Part shown: positions 1-9,148 of the stretch, one piece after another
Numbering within the stretch: position 1 is the first letter of the stretch
Layout of the letters: each line of letters begins with the position of its first letter
From: Patescibacteria group bacterium
Lineage (GTDB): Bacteria; Patescibacteriota; Minisyncoccia; Phycocordibacterales; Phycocordibacteraceae
Reading direction: 5' to 3'
Length of the DNA stretch: 64,000 nucleotides
Assembly (NCBI GenBank): GCA_019744845.1
Contig: JAIETW010000001.1
Location: 177,999 to 241,998, forward strand
Made by a program: the position numbers and the translations under genes
The notes under the pieces: generated by a model
Told to the model about the DNA's origin: nothing
Databases searched by the model: none
The model's input: only the letters and a program-made list of their open reading frames with translations

Positions 1-2496
1 CACGTTCGTACCACCAAGAAGAGTTTCAAGTTCTCCGATTGTATCTATCTCCGTCGCAAGAATGACATTCACTGAGCCGAGGAGTGTTTCAAGTTCACTG
101 GTGGAATCTATTTCTGTGGAGACGATAAGGTTCACGCCGGTGAGCGCCTCAAGTTCTGACACCGTATCAATTGAAGTCGTAGAAACTTTATTGTTGAACA
201 GACTCCAATCTGCAGACGCAAGGAATCCTGGCTGTGAACCGTTTGCCTTCTGACCATTTACGTAATCAAGAGAGACAAGTCCAGATGCTGCGTCAAAGTC
301 ATTTGCGGTAAAGGTGGCAGCGCCCTTAGTCGTACCGTCTGCTGCGGCGTTGTTGATTGAGACGGTGCCACCAGAGAACGAAAGCGGGGTAGCAAAAGTA
401 GTGCTTGCGGTCCACGTAGGAACGCCGTTAAGAAGTGCGAGCACCTGTCCGTTGGTTCCTGCTGTGGTGGTGGAAAGTGATCCTGTGCCATTTCCGTAGA
501 TGAGTGCGCCTGACTGAATGTTCGTCCATCCCGTACCTCCACGAGCAACCGTGAGTGTCCCTGTGGTGCCAGTGACAATCGGAAGTGCGCTTGCGTCTGA
601 AAGATCAAACGCAGGAGTTGCGTCTGATCCACCAAGTGAAAGCGTCACGCCACCAAATGAAATGCTGGAGTTCGTAAGTCCTGCATTGTTGAGCGTGCCC
701 GTGATGCTTGGTGAAAAGGTTTGCGTATTTCCTGATCCTACAATCGTCGTGCCGAGTGTAAGTCCATTGAAAGATCCTGTAGAAGTAGCGAAAGTAACGG
801 TTGGACCAGAAGAGGTTTGTCCTGTCGGACCAATTGCAGTTACACCGCCCGCTGAAAGTCCAAGCGAGGAAGTGGCGGTAAGCGTGTAGCCGCCGCTACT
901 GTTTCCCACAAGGAGCTGTCCGTAACTTGGTGCACTCGTCAGTCCTGTGCCGCCATAGAGCACTCCGATAGAAGACGTTGCAGACACTACCCCTGCGTTT
1001 GCCTGCAGTGGACCATTCAGACTTCCAACGGTGACTCCACCAGAGAATGTTTGTCCAGTAGTGAAGGTGTTTGCGGTGTACGTTTTTGGAATCGTTGAAG
1101 AACCGTGTATGAACGCCTGGACGGTACTTGCAAAGTCAGAGATCGTTGAGGCAAGCTGCGTTCCTGTTTGATTTGCACGAGCGAGGTAGTAGCTTCCCTC
1201 CTGTCCATCAAACGTTCCCGTCCAGTCTCCCGTCGTGTTGATGGTAAGAGCACCACCGACGTTTTGAAGTCCTGTACCGGTGAGGTCAGTGAAGGTTTCG
1301 CTGTTGAGGCCGAGTGCTGTGGTCGTTGCCTGCGTGAAGATACCAGTGGAGGGAGTGCTTGCACCGATTGGGGTGTTGTTGATCGTGCCACCAGAGATGG
1401 TGAGTGCGTCGGTCACTTGGCCGTCGGTGGCGGAGCCAGTGAGGTCCGTGAAGTTAAGCCCAAGAGAAGAAGTGGCGACCTGCGTCCATCCTGTACCACT
1501 TGAGTTACCTACCAAAAGTTGGTTTGCAGTGACTGAAGAGATTCCTGTACCTCCACGGCCGGACGCAAGTACTCCAGACCAGGTGGAGGTATACGTGTGA
1601 GTACTTCCGGAAGAGGTGATGGTAAGACCGATGTTCGTGTCCGAGGAGGTGGCGAAGGACTGAGACGTCGCGACAAGTCCGTTCAAAGAAGTGATTCCTG
1701 AACCACCGCCTCCGGTGAGACAGGAACCGTTGACGGAAATACAACCACCAGTGATTTCAATACCGTTGGCGAACGTAGAGGTGGCAGTGGTGCTGGTGAT
1801 AGTCAGTGCATTTGCTTCTACGTCTCCATCGGCATCTACCGTGAACACATCCGTGCCTGCAGAGTTCTGAATTCTAAAGAGCTTTGCAATCTGTCCAAGA
1901 ATGCCGCGAATGGAAATACCTGTACTTTGAGTTGAAGTTGCTTCTACTGAAACGACTGAGGTGCCAAAAGGACTCGTCGTACCAAACGAAGATGGAGTAG
2001 AGGATCCGCTCACCGATGCGGCCACACGTGCAAACGGTGTCGCGCTCACACGCTGACGTGGGGAGAGCGTTTGGAAGCTACTGTTGTCTGAAGATACTTC
2101 TACCTGAAGATAGACATCCGCATTGTTGGCGAAGTCGTAATCAAGCGCATGAGGGAATCCGTTTGCGGTGTCTCCGATCTGTGCGGTGAACACCCCAGCA
2201 CGAACAGTCACCGGAAATGAGGTTGGACCGCTCGCAGGCCATACCTGACTACCACTCCCAACCGTAGGGTTATTCCAAAGAGAAAACTTTACGTAGTACG
2301 TCGTACCAGTGCCACCCAAAAGGTTTCCACTCGCATCAGAGAGTCGGCCCTGGTATCCGATGATTGAGGGGACGGCGGCTGTTGCAGTCTGCGGCATGAA
2401 AAATCCCCCGAATACCGCGAGAAGGAGGAGCACCGCAACCTGCCGAGAAAGTGTGTGTGTGTTATAGAAAAAGGGTGCCCCCGCAAAAGCCTTCAA
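1..2496 (-). CDS. Giant Ser/Thr/Gly-rich surface or fibre-like protein, N-terminal part (runs off the window start)
   Basis: Missing from the ORF track because no stop lies inside the window. Frame translated by hand at several points: TTG at 2496 after an in-frame TGA, signal-like segment VAVLLLLAVFGGFF, then VPSIIGYQGRLSDASGNLLGGTGTTYYVKFSLW, GTLTVARGGTG, GFLASADWSLFNNK and ~21-aa repeats near position 1. The start codon is uncertain. Confidence 0.85.
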   Translation of the reverse strand, partial: MKAFAGAPFFYNTHTLSRQVAVLLLLAVFGGFFMPQTATAAVPSIIGYQGRLSDASGNLLGGTGTTYYVKFSLWNNPTVGSGSQVWPASGPTSFPVTVRAGVFTAQIGDTANGFPHALDYDFANNADVYLQVEVSSDNSSFQTLSPRQRVSATPFARVAASVSGSSTPSSFGTTSPFGTSVVSVEATSTQSTGISIRGILGQIAKLFRIQNSAGTDVFTVDADGDVEANALTITSTTATSTFANGIEITGGCISVNGSCLTGGGGSGITSLNGLVATSQSFATSSDTNIGLTITSSGSTHTYTSTWSGVLASGRGGTGISSVTANQLLVGNSSGTGWTQVATSSLGLNFTDLTGSATDGQVTDALTISGGTINNTPIGASTPSTGIFTQATTTALGLNSETFTDLTGTGLQNVGGALTINTTGDWTGTFDGQEGSYYLARANQTGTQLASTISDFASTVQAFIHGSSTIPKTYTANTFTTGQTFSGGVTVGSLNGPLQANAGVVSATSSIGVLYGGTGLTSAPSYGQLLVGNSSGGYTLTATSSLGLSAGGVTAIGPTGQTSSGPTVTFATSTGSFNGLTLGTTIVGSGNTQTFSPSITGTLNNAGLTNSSISFGGVTLSLGGSDATPAFDLSDASALPIVTGTTGTLTVARGGTGWTNIQSGALIYGNGTGSLSTTTAGTNGQVLALLNGVPTWTASTTFATPLSFSGGTVSINNAAADGTTKGAATFTANDFDAASGLVSLDYVNGQKANGSQPGFLASADWSLFNNKVSTTSIDTVSELEALTGVNLIVSTEIDSTSELETLLGSVNVILATEIDTIGELETLLGGTNV

Positions 2497-2689
2497 AACT
2501 CAGGATCTGCCCTATCTATAATTATATATGGCTTTCTCGTATAAGCCTGGTGATATTTTCCTCAACTGGGGATACCGAAAGGGTGAATATGGCGTAACTA
2601 GGGGCTGTATTTCAGTTTCGTACAGAATATTTCATACTTTTTAAGACGCACTTGCTATTTTATGGTTTACGTTTCGTAATCTATTTACT

Positions 2690-3250
2690 TTATTCAGATA
2701 TGAGTTGTAAACGAAGTGCCTCTATGAGTTCCGGAAATTCCGTTTGTGGAAAAGTGCCATGTCCGAAGTGCGCGCGGTCAGTGTGTTCGTGGTAGACAGA
2801 TCCAAGCATGTCACGAATGTGTCGTGGCTCTTCAATCGGAATGAACGGATCGTCAGTAGATGCAAAAAGTATCGTCCATTGTTGATTCTTTTTTATTGCG
2901 TTCCAATTCCATGGGGTATCAAAGTACTGACTCGCCTTCTCCTCTTCGTAATTCATGTGCGTGTAGTACGCACCGACAAGTACTGATCCGAGAATTACAT
3001 TCTCTTCTGCATACCGCATCGCCGCGATTGCACCAGAAGAGTGCCCTATGAGAATCGTGTCTTCGTCTGCACCAAGTTCCTTTATGAAAGGAAGCCAGAA
3101 TTCTTTTCGCGCAAGTAGTGCATCTGGAAACTGCGTGTTAATCACCGAAATTCCAAGTTGAAGCGGTATTTCTTTTTCTAGGTACGGAGACCAGTTATCG
3201 GTCGGTGACCCCCCTCCATTTCCAGGAATAAGAATTACTTTTGTATTCAT
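2690..3250 (-). CDS. RBBP9/YdeN-family alpha/beta hydrolase
   Basis: VILIPGNGG, nucleophile elbow GHSSG, STDDPFIP (Asp), RAHFG (His). Confidence 0.9.
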   Translation of the reverse strand: MNTKVILIPGNGGGSPTDNWSPYLEKEIPLQLGISVINTQFPDALLARKEFWLPFIKELGADEDTILIGHSSGAIAAMRYAEENVILGSVLVGAYYTHMNYEEEKASQYFDTPWNWNAIKKNQQWTILFASTDDPFIPIEEPRHIRDMLGSVYHEHTDRAHFGHGTFPQTEFPELIEALRLQLISE

Positions 3251-3792
3251 ACTCCCATCTGCTCTAGCGCCTCAAGTGCCTGCGGGAGTTCTGTCCACCC
3301 GTCATGTGAGCCAAGGTGTCCACCTTCATGAATCACCGTCAGTGTGCCGCTCAGTTCTTTCTCTAACATCTTTGCATCCTCAAGCGGTACAAGGTGATCA
3401 TTGTCGCTGTGAATGATTGCTACTTTTTCTACACGCTGCCGTATGGTGGCGTAGTTAAAGGGTATTATGAAGAAGTTATCTATCTTCGTATTCCCTGTTG
3501 CGTTGCAGGGACCAGATACCAACACCACTCCAGCTATCTTTACTGATGCTGTTTCCAAATATCTGAGAATCGCCGTCACACCAAGACTGTGTCCCACGAG
3601 ATATATCTCATCTCCTTCTGTGATATGTCGTGCAATCTCGTCTACCCATTCATGTTCAATAGGTTGATCTGGAGTTGGCATGACGAGTGCTGCCGCGTAC
3701 ACATCTCTTAGATCAAGCTCAGTCATGAGCCACGGACGCCATCCACCGTTCGGGGAGCCCTCAAGTCCATGGATAAGAAATACTTTCTTCAT
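3247..3792 (-). CDS. RBBP9/YdeN-family alpha/beta hydrolase (tandem paralogue)
   Basis: VFLIHGLEG, GHSLG, HSDND, GGHLG. Overlaps the next gene by 4 bp. Confidence 0.9.
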   Translation of the reverse strand: MKKVFLIHGLEGSPNGGWRPWLMTELDLRDVYAAALVMPTPDQPIEHEWVDEIARHITEGDEIYLVGHSLGVTAILRYLETASVKIAGVVLVSGPCNATGNTKIDNFFIIPFNYATIRQRVEKVAIIHSDNDHLVPLEDAKMLEKELSGTLTVIHEGGHLGSHDGWTELPQALEALEQMGV

Positions 3793-3797
3793 GCCTC

Positions 3798-6491
3798 TTA
3801 TTCTACACGTACCGTAAAGCGAGGGTTAATTACCTTCCCTTCGTGGAAGAATTCGCCGAAGACCGTGTAAAGACCAGGACTTGGAAAGAGCACGTGCGCT
3901 TCTACCACGGGACCGAAGGTTGGTGGAGGCGGTAGGTGCGTGTGTGCGGTCGTAGAAGATACTTGAGTGACTGGTGCACCAAGTGGATGCACTTCTCCAT
4001 GGGTGTGTATGAACTCAGAGAGATCGTTCTTCACCACCGCAAGGTGCATCGCAGCAGCCAAGTATGGCTCCATGTTCAGTACATCCTCTCCGTCTTTAGT
4101 AATGCGGTAGGTGAGTGTGGTGTAGGAGTTTGCGAGCGGCAGCGGGGAGCGGAGAGTGACATCGTATCCATCAAAGCTTCCTTCCGAAGGATAGGTGGCA
4201 ATGTCATTCATCGCTGCATTCCCTTTTACGGTAATCGTGTACGTACGACTCTCCTGCTTCAGTCCATGCGCATAATCAATCGCAAGGATGTAGGTACCGG
4301 CACGTGGAAAGGTGAAGCTCCGTTCAAAGCGAGGAGCATTTGATTCATCATCAGGGTGCACGTGGAAGAATTCTTTCATATCTGCACTCACAATCACCAT
4401 ATGCACGAGCTTCTCGTGTATGACTGAGAGCACGGCAGGCTCTCCATCTGCGTCATTAATCGTGTATTCAAAGGTCACGGGAACTCCTGCAGTGATATTC
4501 GTGAGGTCGTTTGCGAATGCAATCTCTGATCCTGTCTGGGACTTCAGATACCGATACTCTCTCGCATCAGAGATGTGGAAGGAACCACCGAGCGCCATAC
4601 ACCCTTCCTCTGCGACTGAGGACACCGGAATGCCGTTACGTGCAGGAAGCATGACGTGCCAGCCATTCCCGTCTGCCAGACATTCCTTCTTGAATGAGTT
4701 CCCAAAGAGGTACTGGAGTGCCCCGATTATTTGGCTCAGGATTAACAGAGTGACAATGAATGCAATTCCATACCTGAAGACTGAATTACGCTCCTGTAGC
4801 GGCGGATATGGGCCTCTAACGAGCCTTGCAAGGTATATAGCGGCAATGATGCTAAGAATTGCGAGCGCCATCATCACCAGGGTGAAGAGATCTATGTCTC
4901 TTCCCTCGTCTTTAATGAAATCTGCCTTGGTGACGGTAAATGTTGCCCGTGCATCGTAGCCACTTTCCTGGGGCTGGATAACGGAGAGTGTGTGCGTGCC
5001 ATTGGTGATGAGAGCAAGAGGGAATACGTATCCCCCATCATATCTGCGCTCAAGCTCTAGAAGCGTTCCCTCTTCGCTTCCACCGTCTAGAGAGACGGTC
5101 GGCATGACCTTCCCTTCACTTGTAAGGAGTACCTTCTCATCCTCATGTGGTGCAGGCGCGACCGCGATCTCTATTCCCTGGTCGCGTACCGAGTATGCTG
5201 GCTGCATGCCATGCAGTGGTGGTGAGGTGATGATCATGAGTGAGGAGAAGAAGATCACCAGCACTCCTGAAGCGAACTCTGCGGGCAAGGTGTAAGACAG
5301 GAACTTACTGAACCACTGCGGACGGTATCGGTGCGCGATGAGGTGATACGCAAGAAGTGCAATTGCGACTATGAGGGATGCAGCAAGCGGAAGGAATCGC
5401 TCTCCCCAGAGAGTCGTGGAGATATTGGCAAAGTCTTTCAAGTGAAGCCAGATGATGTAAGCGCCGGTAACTCCTGCAAGACCGAAGGAAAGCGCGAGGA
5501 GTGAGAACGCTCGTGGGAATACGTCTCGGAGCTTCTCTCTGAAGGTTCTCCAGAGATACGCGACGGAGAGAATGCCGATGATTCCCTCCCACAAATCTTT
5601 TCCAATGAGATGGAATACGTTTACGAGTACACCAAGATCAGGAAGGAAGCTGCTTGCGGTCGCGTGACTTACCTTTGCGCGGTAGTACGCAAAGACAAGA
5701 AGAAGTGCAAAAAGAATCCATTCAGAGGTCGTGAACTTCTCTGCAAGCTGTATCACCTTCTTCCGGAAGAAGAACACGACTCCAATCAATGCTCCTGCGA
5801 TCATTCTGATTACCGTTGCTGATCCTGAGACTATCGCGAAGTAGAGCGAAAGCGCTTCCGCAAATGGAATCTGATTTAGATCTGCCAGTTCACTCGTTTT
5901 TAGAATGATGTGTCCCCCGCCACCAATGAGAATGAGAAGGACGCCAAGTGCAATGAAGAACGCGTACCCCTTCCGTACCAGTGCATCCTCTCGGTACTTT
6001 CTGAATACAGAGGCAAAGAGCACAATCACTCCCCATAGAATGGAGTTCCCAAGAAGCTCCACGAATATCATGAACGCCTCTGGTACTGCAGAGATCTGCA
6101 CCACCTCAAAGGAAGAAGAGTTAGAGGAAGGAATGGCAATGCCTTCTCCTATCACATACGCATATCCTCCCTTGGTGAAGTGTCCGTCGTCAGAAGACAC
6201 CACACTCCACGAGACAAAGTACGCACCGTCTTCTGCCGATGCTACTGGCACACTGAGTACATAGGGATTCTCTTCTACGACTGCCTCTCCAGTCGTGATC
6301 TCTGTCCCTGCATCGTCTTTTACCTGTATACGACTTGCCCCTGGCTCTACTCGCTCACTGAAGCGAATAGATACTTCGGTGGGCGCTTCGATGAGTACCG
6401 CGGAAGACTCTGGCACATACTCCACGGGAGTGGCGTGTGCAGACACGCCAAGCGGGAGGAGAATGATGAGTGTGATAAGTAGTGTTTTCAT
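3798..6491 (-). CDS. CopC-CopD copper resistance/uptake fusion with C-terminal His-containing extracytoplasmic domains
   Basis: Signal peptide followed by mature N-terminal His (AHATP), SEPVE-like FSERVE, VVSSDDGH (CopC), multi-TM CopD with SHA and FHLIG, and two C-terminal domains with HMVIVS..FHVHP and HLAVVK..FIHTH. Confidence 0.85.
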   Translation of the reverse strand: MKTLLITLIILLPLGVSAHATPVEYVPESSAVLIEAPTEVSIRFSERVEPGASRIQVKDDAGTEITTGEAVVEENPYVLSVPVASAEDGAYFVSWSVVSSDDGHFTKGGYAYVIGEGIAIPSSNSSSFEVVQISAVPEAFMIFVELLGNSILWGVIVLFASVFRKYREDALVRKGYAFFIALGVLLILIGGGGHIILKTSELADLNQIPFAEALSLYFAIVSGSATVIRMIAGALIGVVFFFRKKVIQLAEKFTTSEWILFALLLVFAYYRAKVSHATASSFLPDLGVLVNVFHLIGKDLWEGIIGILSVAYLWRTFREKLRDVFPRAFSLLALSFGLAGVTGAYIIWLHLKDFANISTTLWGERFLPLAASLIVAIALLAYHLIAHRYRPQWFSKFLSYTLPAEFASGVLVIFFSSLMIITSPPLHGMQPAYSVRDQGIEIAVAPAPHEDEKVLLTSEGKVMPTVSLDGGSEEGTLLELERRYDGGYVFPLALITNGTHTLSVIQPQESGYDARATFTVTKADFIKDEGRDIDLFTLVMMALAILSIIAAIYLARLVRGPYPPLQERNSVFRYGIAFIVTLLILSQIIGALQYLFGNSFKKECLADGNGWHVMLPARNGIPVSSVAEEGCMALGGSFHISDAREYRYLKSQTGSEIAFANDLTNITAGVPVTFEYTINDADGEPAVLSVIHEKLVHMVIVSADMKEFFHVHPDDESNAPRFERSFTFPRAGTYILAIDYAHGLKQESRTYTITVKGNAAMNDIATYPSEGSFDGYDVTLRSPLPLANSYTTLTYRITKDGEDVLNMEPYLAAAMHLAVVKNDLSEFIHTHGEVHPLGAPVTQVSSTTAHTHLPPPPTFGPVVEAHVLFPSPGLYTVFGEFFHEGKVINPRFTVRVE

Positions 6492-6506
6492 GGCAAGAGC
6501 TTGAGG

Positions 6507-6532
6507 AGGGATCCCACCTCTGTGAGATCCCC
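6507..6532 (-). other. Intergenic stem-loop without a U-tract inside the copper operon
   Basis: agggatcccac-ctct-gtgagatccct inverted repeat. Confidence 0.55.
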
Positions 6533-6544
6533 TACAAACCTTCG

Positions 6545-7201
6545 TTATTTCTTTCGTCCGACTGCGTATCCTGCGATAAGGAGTGCGAGCACGCTAATAG
6601 CGATTGCGGCAGGCCCTGACATGTCGTTGCTCAAGGACTCTACGGATGCAGACTCCTCTGGGAAGCCGAGTGCTTCCTTAGGAGCAGGACAGCCATAGCT
6701 TCCGGTCTTAGAGATACGGGTTACTCCTTCAGATATCTCTTCCTCTTCGTGTTCTTCCTCTGCCGTTGCATGCCCTGCAGGGCTACAGGTGAAGGTGAGA
6801 TCTATCTCTGTGTTGTTAAGCATACCGAAGACTCGGTATGAGAGTGTCGTGGCTACTGTTGGGTAGTACGTGGTTTTGTAGGAACCAGGACTGTTATAGA
6901 CCGGAGAAAGATCAAAGATCTTGGTCTTACTCCCCGCAATAAGCTCTACCTGTAGTGTCTCTTCAAGTCCTGATACAGGAGTGCCTGCGCCATGGTCATG
7001 GTCCGTGTGTGCATCTACCACCTCTGCAATACGGAGATCTACTCCTGTCTTATCGTCTACAGTAATTGGTTCGTTTAGAGACCCAATGGTGAACTGGTAG
7101 TACTTGCCTCCGATCTCAAATACATGGGTCTCGTGTGCACTGACGCTTAGCGGCATGAGTACAAACAATGCAGCGAGCGTAATAGAACTAATGATTTTCA
7201 T
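6545..7201 (-). CDS. Exported, C-terminally membrane-anchored His-rich putative metal-binding protein
   Basis: Signal peptide ending VSA-HETH, HTDHDH, C-terminal TM followed by RKK. Confidence 0.7.
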   Translation of the reverse strand: MKIISSITLAALFVLMPLSVSAHETHVFEIGGKYYQFTIGSLNEPITVDDKTGVDLRIAEVVDAHTDHDHGAGTPVSGLEETLQVELIAGSKTKIFDLSPVYNSPGSYKTTYYPTVATTLSYRVFGMLNNTEIDLTFTCSPAGHATAEEEHEEEEISEGVTRISKTGSYGCPAPKEALGFPEESASVESLSNDMSGPAAIAISVLALLIAGYAVGRKK

Positions 7202-7236
7202 TGTGTGTCGTTAAGGAGTAAAAGGATGTGTTCCTT

Positions 7237-7536
7237 TTATCCGAAACGACGATAGGCAAGTACACCTCTTCGTAAGGCGATATTGAGTGTGGCTCCTATA
7301 CGTACACCCTCCTGTGCAATGAATCTTCCTAGGGTAAGGAGTGGGAGCGCAAGAACGGCAACCAGGAGGAGTGCGGCTGCATCAAGTACGTCTAGGTGCT
7401 TCTGCTCTACATGGAGCGCAGTATGGAAAAGGTCTATGGTCCCGTCACTATGATTGTGGGGGACGAGTGCGTGTACCAGCGCGCCGAAGGAAAGCACGAG
7501 TACAAGGAGTATGGCGATGACTGTTCTGCCTGACAC
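7237..7536 (-). CDS. Small His-rich membrane protein, first gene of the copper operon
   Basis: Hydrophobic N-terminus, HALVPHNH..FHTALH..KH, second TM, basic tail. TACCAT box shortly upstream of the GTG start. Confidence 0.65.
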   Translation of the reverse strand: MSGRTVIAILLVLVLSFGALVHALVPHNHSDGTIDLFHTALHVEQKHLDVLDAAALLLVAVLALPLLTLGRFIAQEGVRIGATLNIALRRGVLAYRRFG

Positions 7537-7556
7537 TGGGATCTATGGTATCACGC

Positions 7557-8396
7557 TCAAGTTTTCTTCTTGGCGACGCGGTGTTTCCCTACGAACTTCC
7601 CTTTCTCCTTGCGTTCTTTGAAGGTCATGGTCACCTTATGCTTTGCCATCTCAGTCTCTACGATTGCTCGCTCCTTGTCTTTGTTCTTTACTCTCTGCTT
7701 TGCCTCTTTCACATACTGAGGAGAGATATCTATACCGAAGAAGTGGTGTCCGAGGAGTGCGGCCGCAACTGCAGTTGTACCGTGTCCAAGATATGGGTCT
7801 ACCACCAGCTTCCCTTTGGTGCTTCCGAGTATGGAGTAGATGCAGCGAGTTGGCAGAGTGAGTGGGAATGGGGCTGGGTGTGTGTTGTTTCGCTCTGGGG
7901 GCATGCGCCAGACAGAGGTCAGCAGTGCATGACGTGATTCAAGCTCTTCTCCGATCTTCTTGTCTCCCTTTGGCTTATAGAGCCAGTAGATGCGCTCCTC
8001 TACCTGCCAGAAGCGCCATCCTCTGATGTTTGCAGCAATGCCGCGATCCCAGATAATCTCCTGTCTGATGGTCCAGTCCGTCTTGGCGAGCCAGGAAATA
8101 GGATGAAGCATCACTCCCCGCTCCCAGCGGGTCTTGTGGTTATAAAAGAAGGAGCCACCTGCTTTGGTGGTACGGAAGAGTTCATTCAGTACCGCGATCT
8201 GATTCTCCTGGTATTCCTCTTCCGTCTTCGTATCTCGTGCGGTGTCGTACACCACATTCTTTACGAGCCATCCCTTCTTATTCTCCTGCTTGTTGTATGG
8301 CGGAGAGGTCACTCCCACATCAAAGGTATTGTCCGGCACCTTCTTGAGTGTGGTGAGAGTGTCGCCGACTAGGATGGAATCGTTAAGCTTTTGCAT
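7557..8396 (-). CDS. Beta-class amino (N4-C/N6-A) DNA methyltransferase
   Basis: TSPPY motif IV precedes HPAPFP and DPYLGHGTT (motif I). Likely start MQKLND at 8396, overlapping the upstream gene's end. Confidence 0.92.
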   Translation of the reverse strand: MQKLNDSILVGDTLTTLKKVPDNTFDVGVTSPPYNKQENKKGWLVKNVVYDTARDTKTEEEYQENQIAVLNELFRTTKAGGSFFYNHKTRWERGVMLHPISWLAKTDWTIRQEIIWDRGIAANIRGWRFWQVEERIYWLYKPKGDKKIGEELESRHALLTSVWRMPPERNNTHPAPFPLTLPTRCIYSILGSTKGKLVVDPYLGHGTTAVAAALLGHHFFGIDISPQYVKEAKQRVKNKDKERAIVETEMAKHKVTMTFKERKEKGKFVGKHRVAKKKT

Positions 8397-9066
8397 GGAG
8401 ATAGTCGTAGAGCGGTTTGCTGATGTAGGGCTTGTTCGCTTCAATATCGCTCTTTTGTGCAATAAATTCCACTTTTAGGGCTGCATCATCCTTGTAGTCC
8501 TTGAAACATACGCGGGCACCGCGTAGATACTGGCTTGGTGCAGCACCATTGGGGAATCGCTTGGTGAGCTGAGTTTCTAGAGACGTAATGATTCCTGGAC
8601 TATTGAATGGGATGGAGAGAATGAAGATGAGCTTTCCATCTACAAAGCCACTCATGAGCATGGTGGGATTCTCTCGCTTATCCTTCTCAAAGCGTGCGAG
8701 TGTGTAGTCGTTCACACTTCCTCCGGCGTCTAAAAGTGCGGGTTTGGTCTTTCGTGTTCCCTCCTTGTATGCCTTCACGTCAGCAGAGCGAATGTTTCGG
8801 GGCTTTGCTTCGCATTCCTTGGTTATTCCGTTCTCCGTCTTCACTCCGTCAAAACCGATCTTCCCATCGCTATGTGTGTATCCTGCGACTGATACGGTTA
8901 CGAACTCACGGATGGTGGAAGAGTTCCTATCGTTTGCGTATGCAGAGAGGAGGTCTTGTATGAGAAGCGCTGCCTCGGTGTTTGATAAGGAAGCCAGGTG
9001 TTTAGTGAGATCAGCAGTGTTCCCTGTGGAGAAGAGGGTGATGAGGGATGCGAGGGAGGGGTTCAT
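8383..9066 (-). CDS. Putative Type II restriction endonuclease (PD-(D/E)xK fold)
   Basis: GFDG..ECEAK catalytic-like spacing; directly upstream of and overlapping the methylase gene. Confidence 0.65.
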   Translation of the reverse strand: MNPSLASLITLFSTGNTADLTKHLASLSNTEAALLIQDLLSAYANDRNSSTIREFVTVSVAGYTHSDGKIGFDGVKTENGITKECEAKPRNIRSADVKAYKEGTRKTKPALLDAGGSVNDYTLARFEKDKRENPTMLMSGFVDGKLIFILSIPFNSPGIITSLETQLTKRFPNGAAPSQYLRGARVCFKDYKDDAALKVEFIAQKSDIEANKPYISKPLYDYLHAKA

Positions 9067-9148
9067 GATCTGAACAGTTTACTTTGTCATAATCTGTACT
9101 CCAAGCCAAAGATTAATTATCTGCTTTGAGGAAGTTACGACGCGCTGC

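Noticed and set aside
62-2486. Many short ORFs on both strands in the first 2.5 kb
   Set aside because: They are shadows of the single long minus-strand frame (1-2496), which the track missed because its stop lies outside the window.
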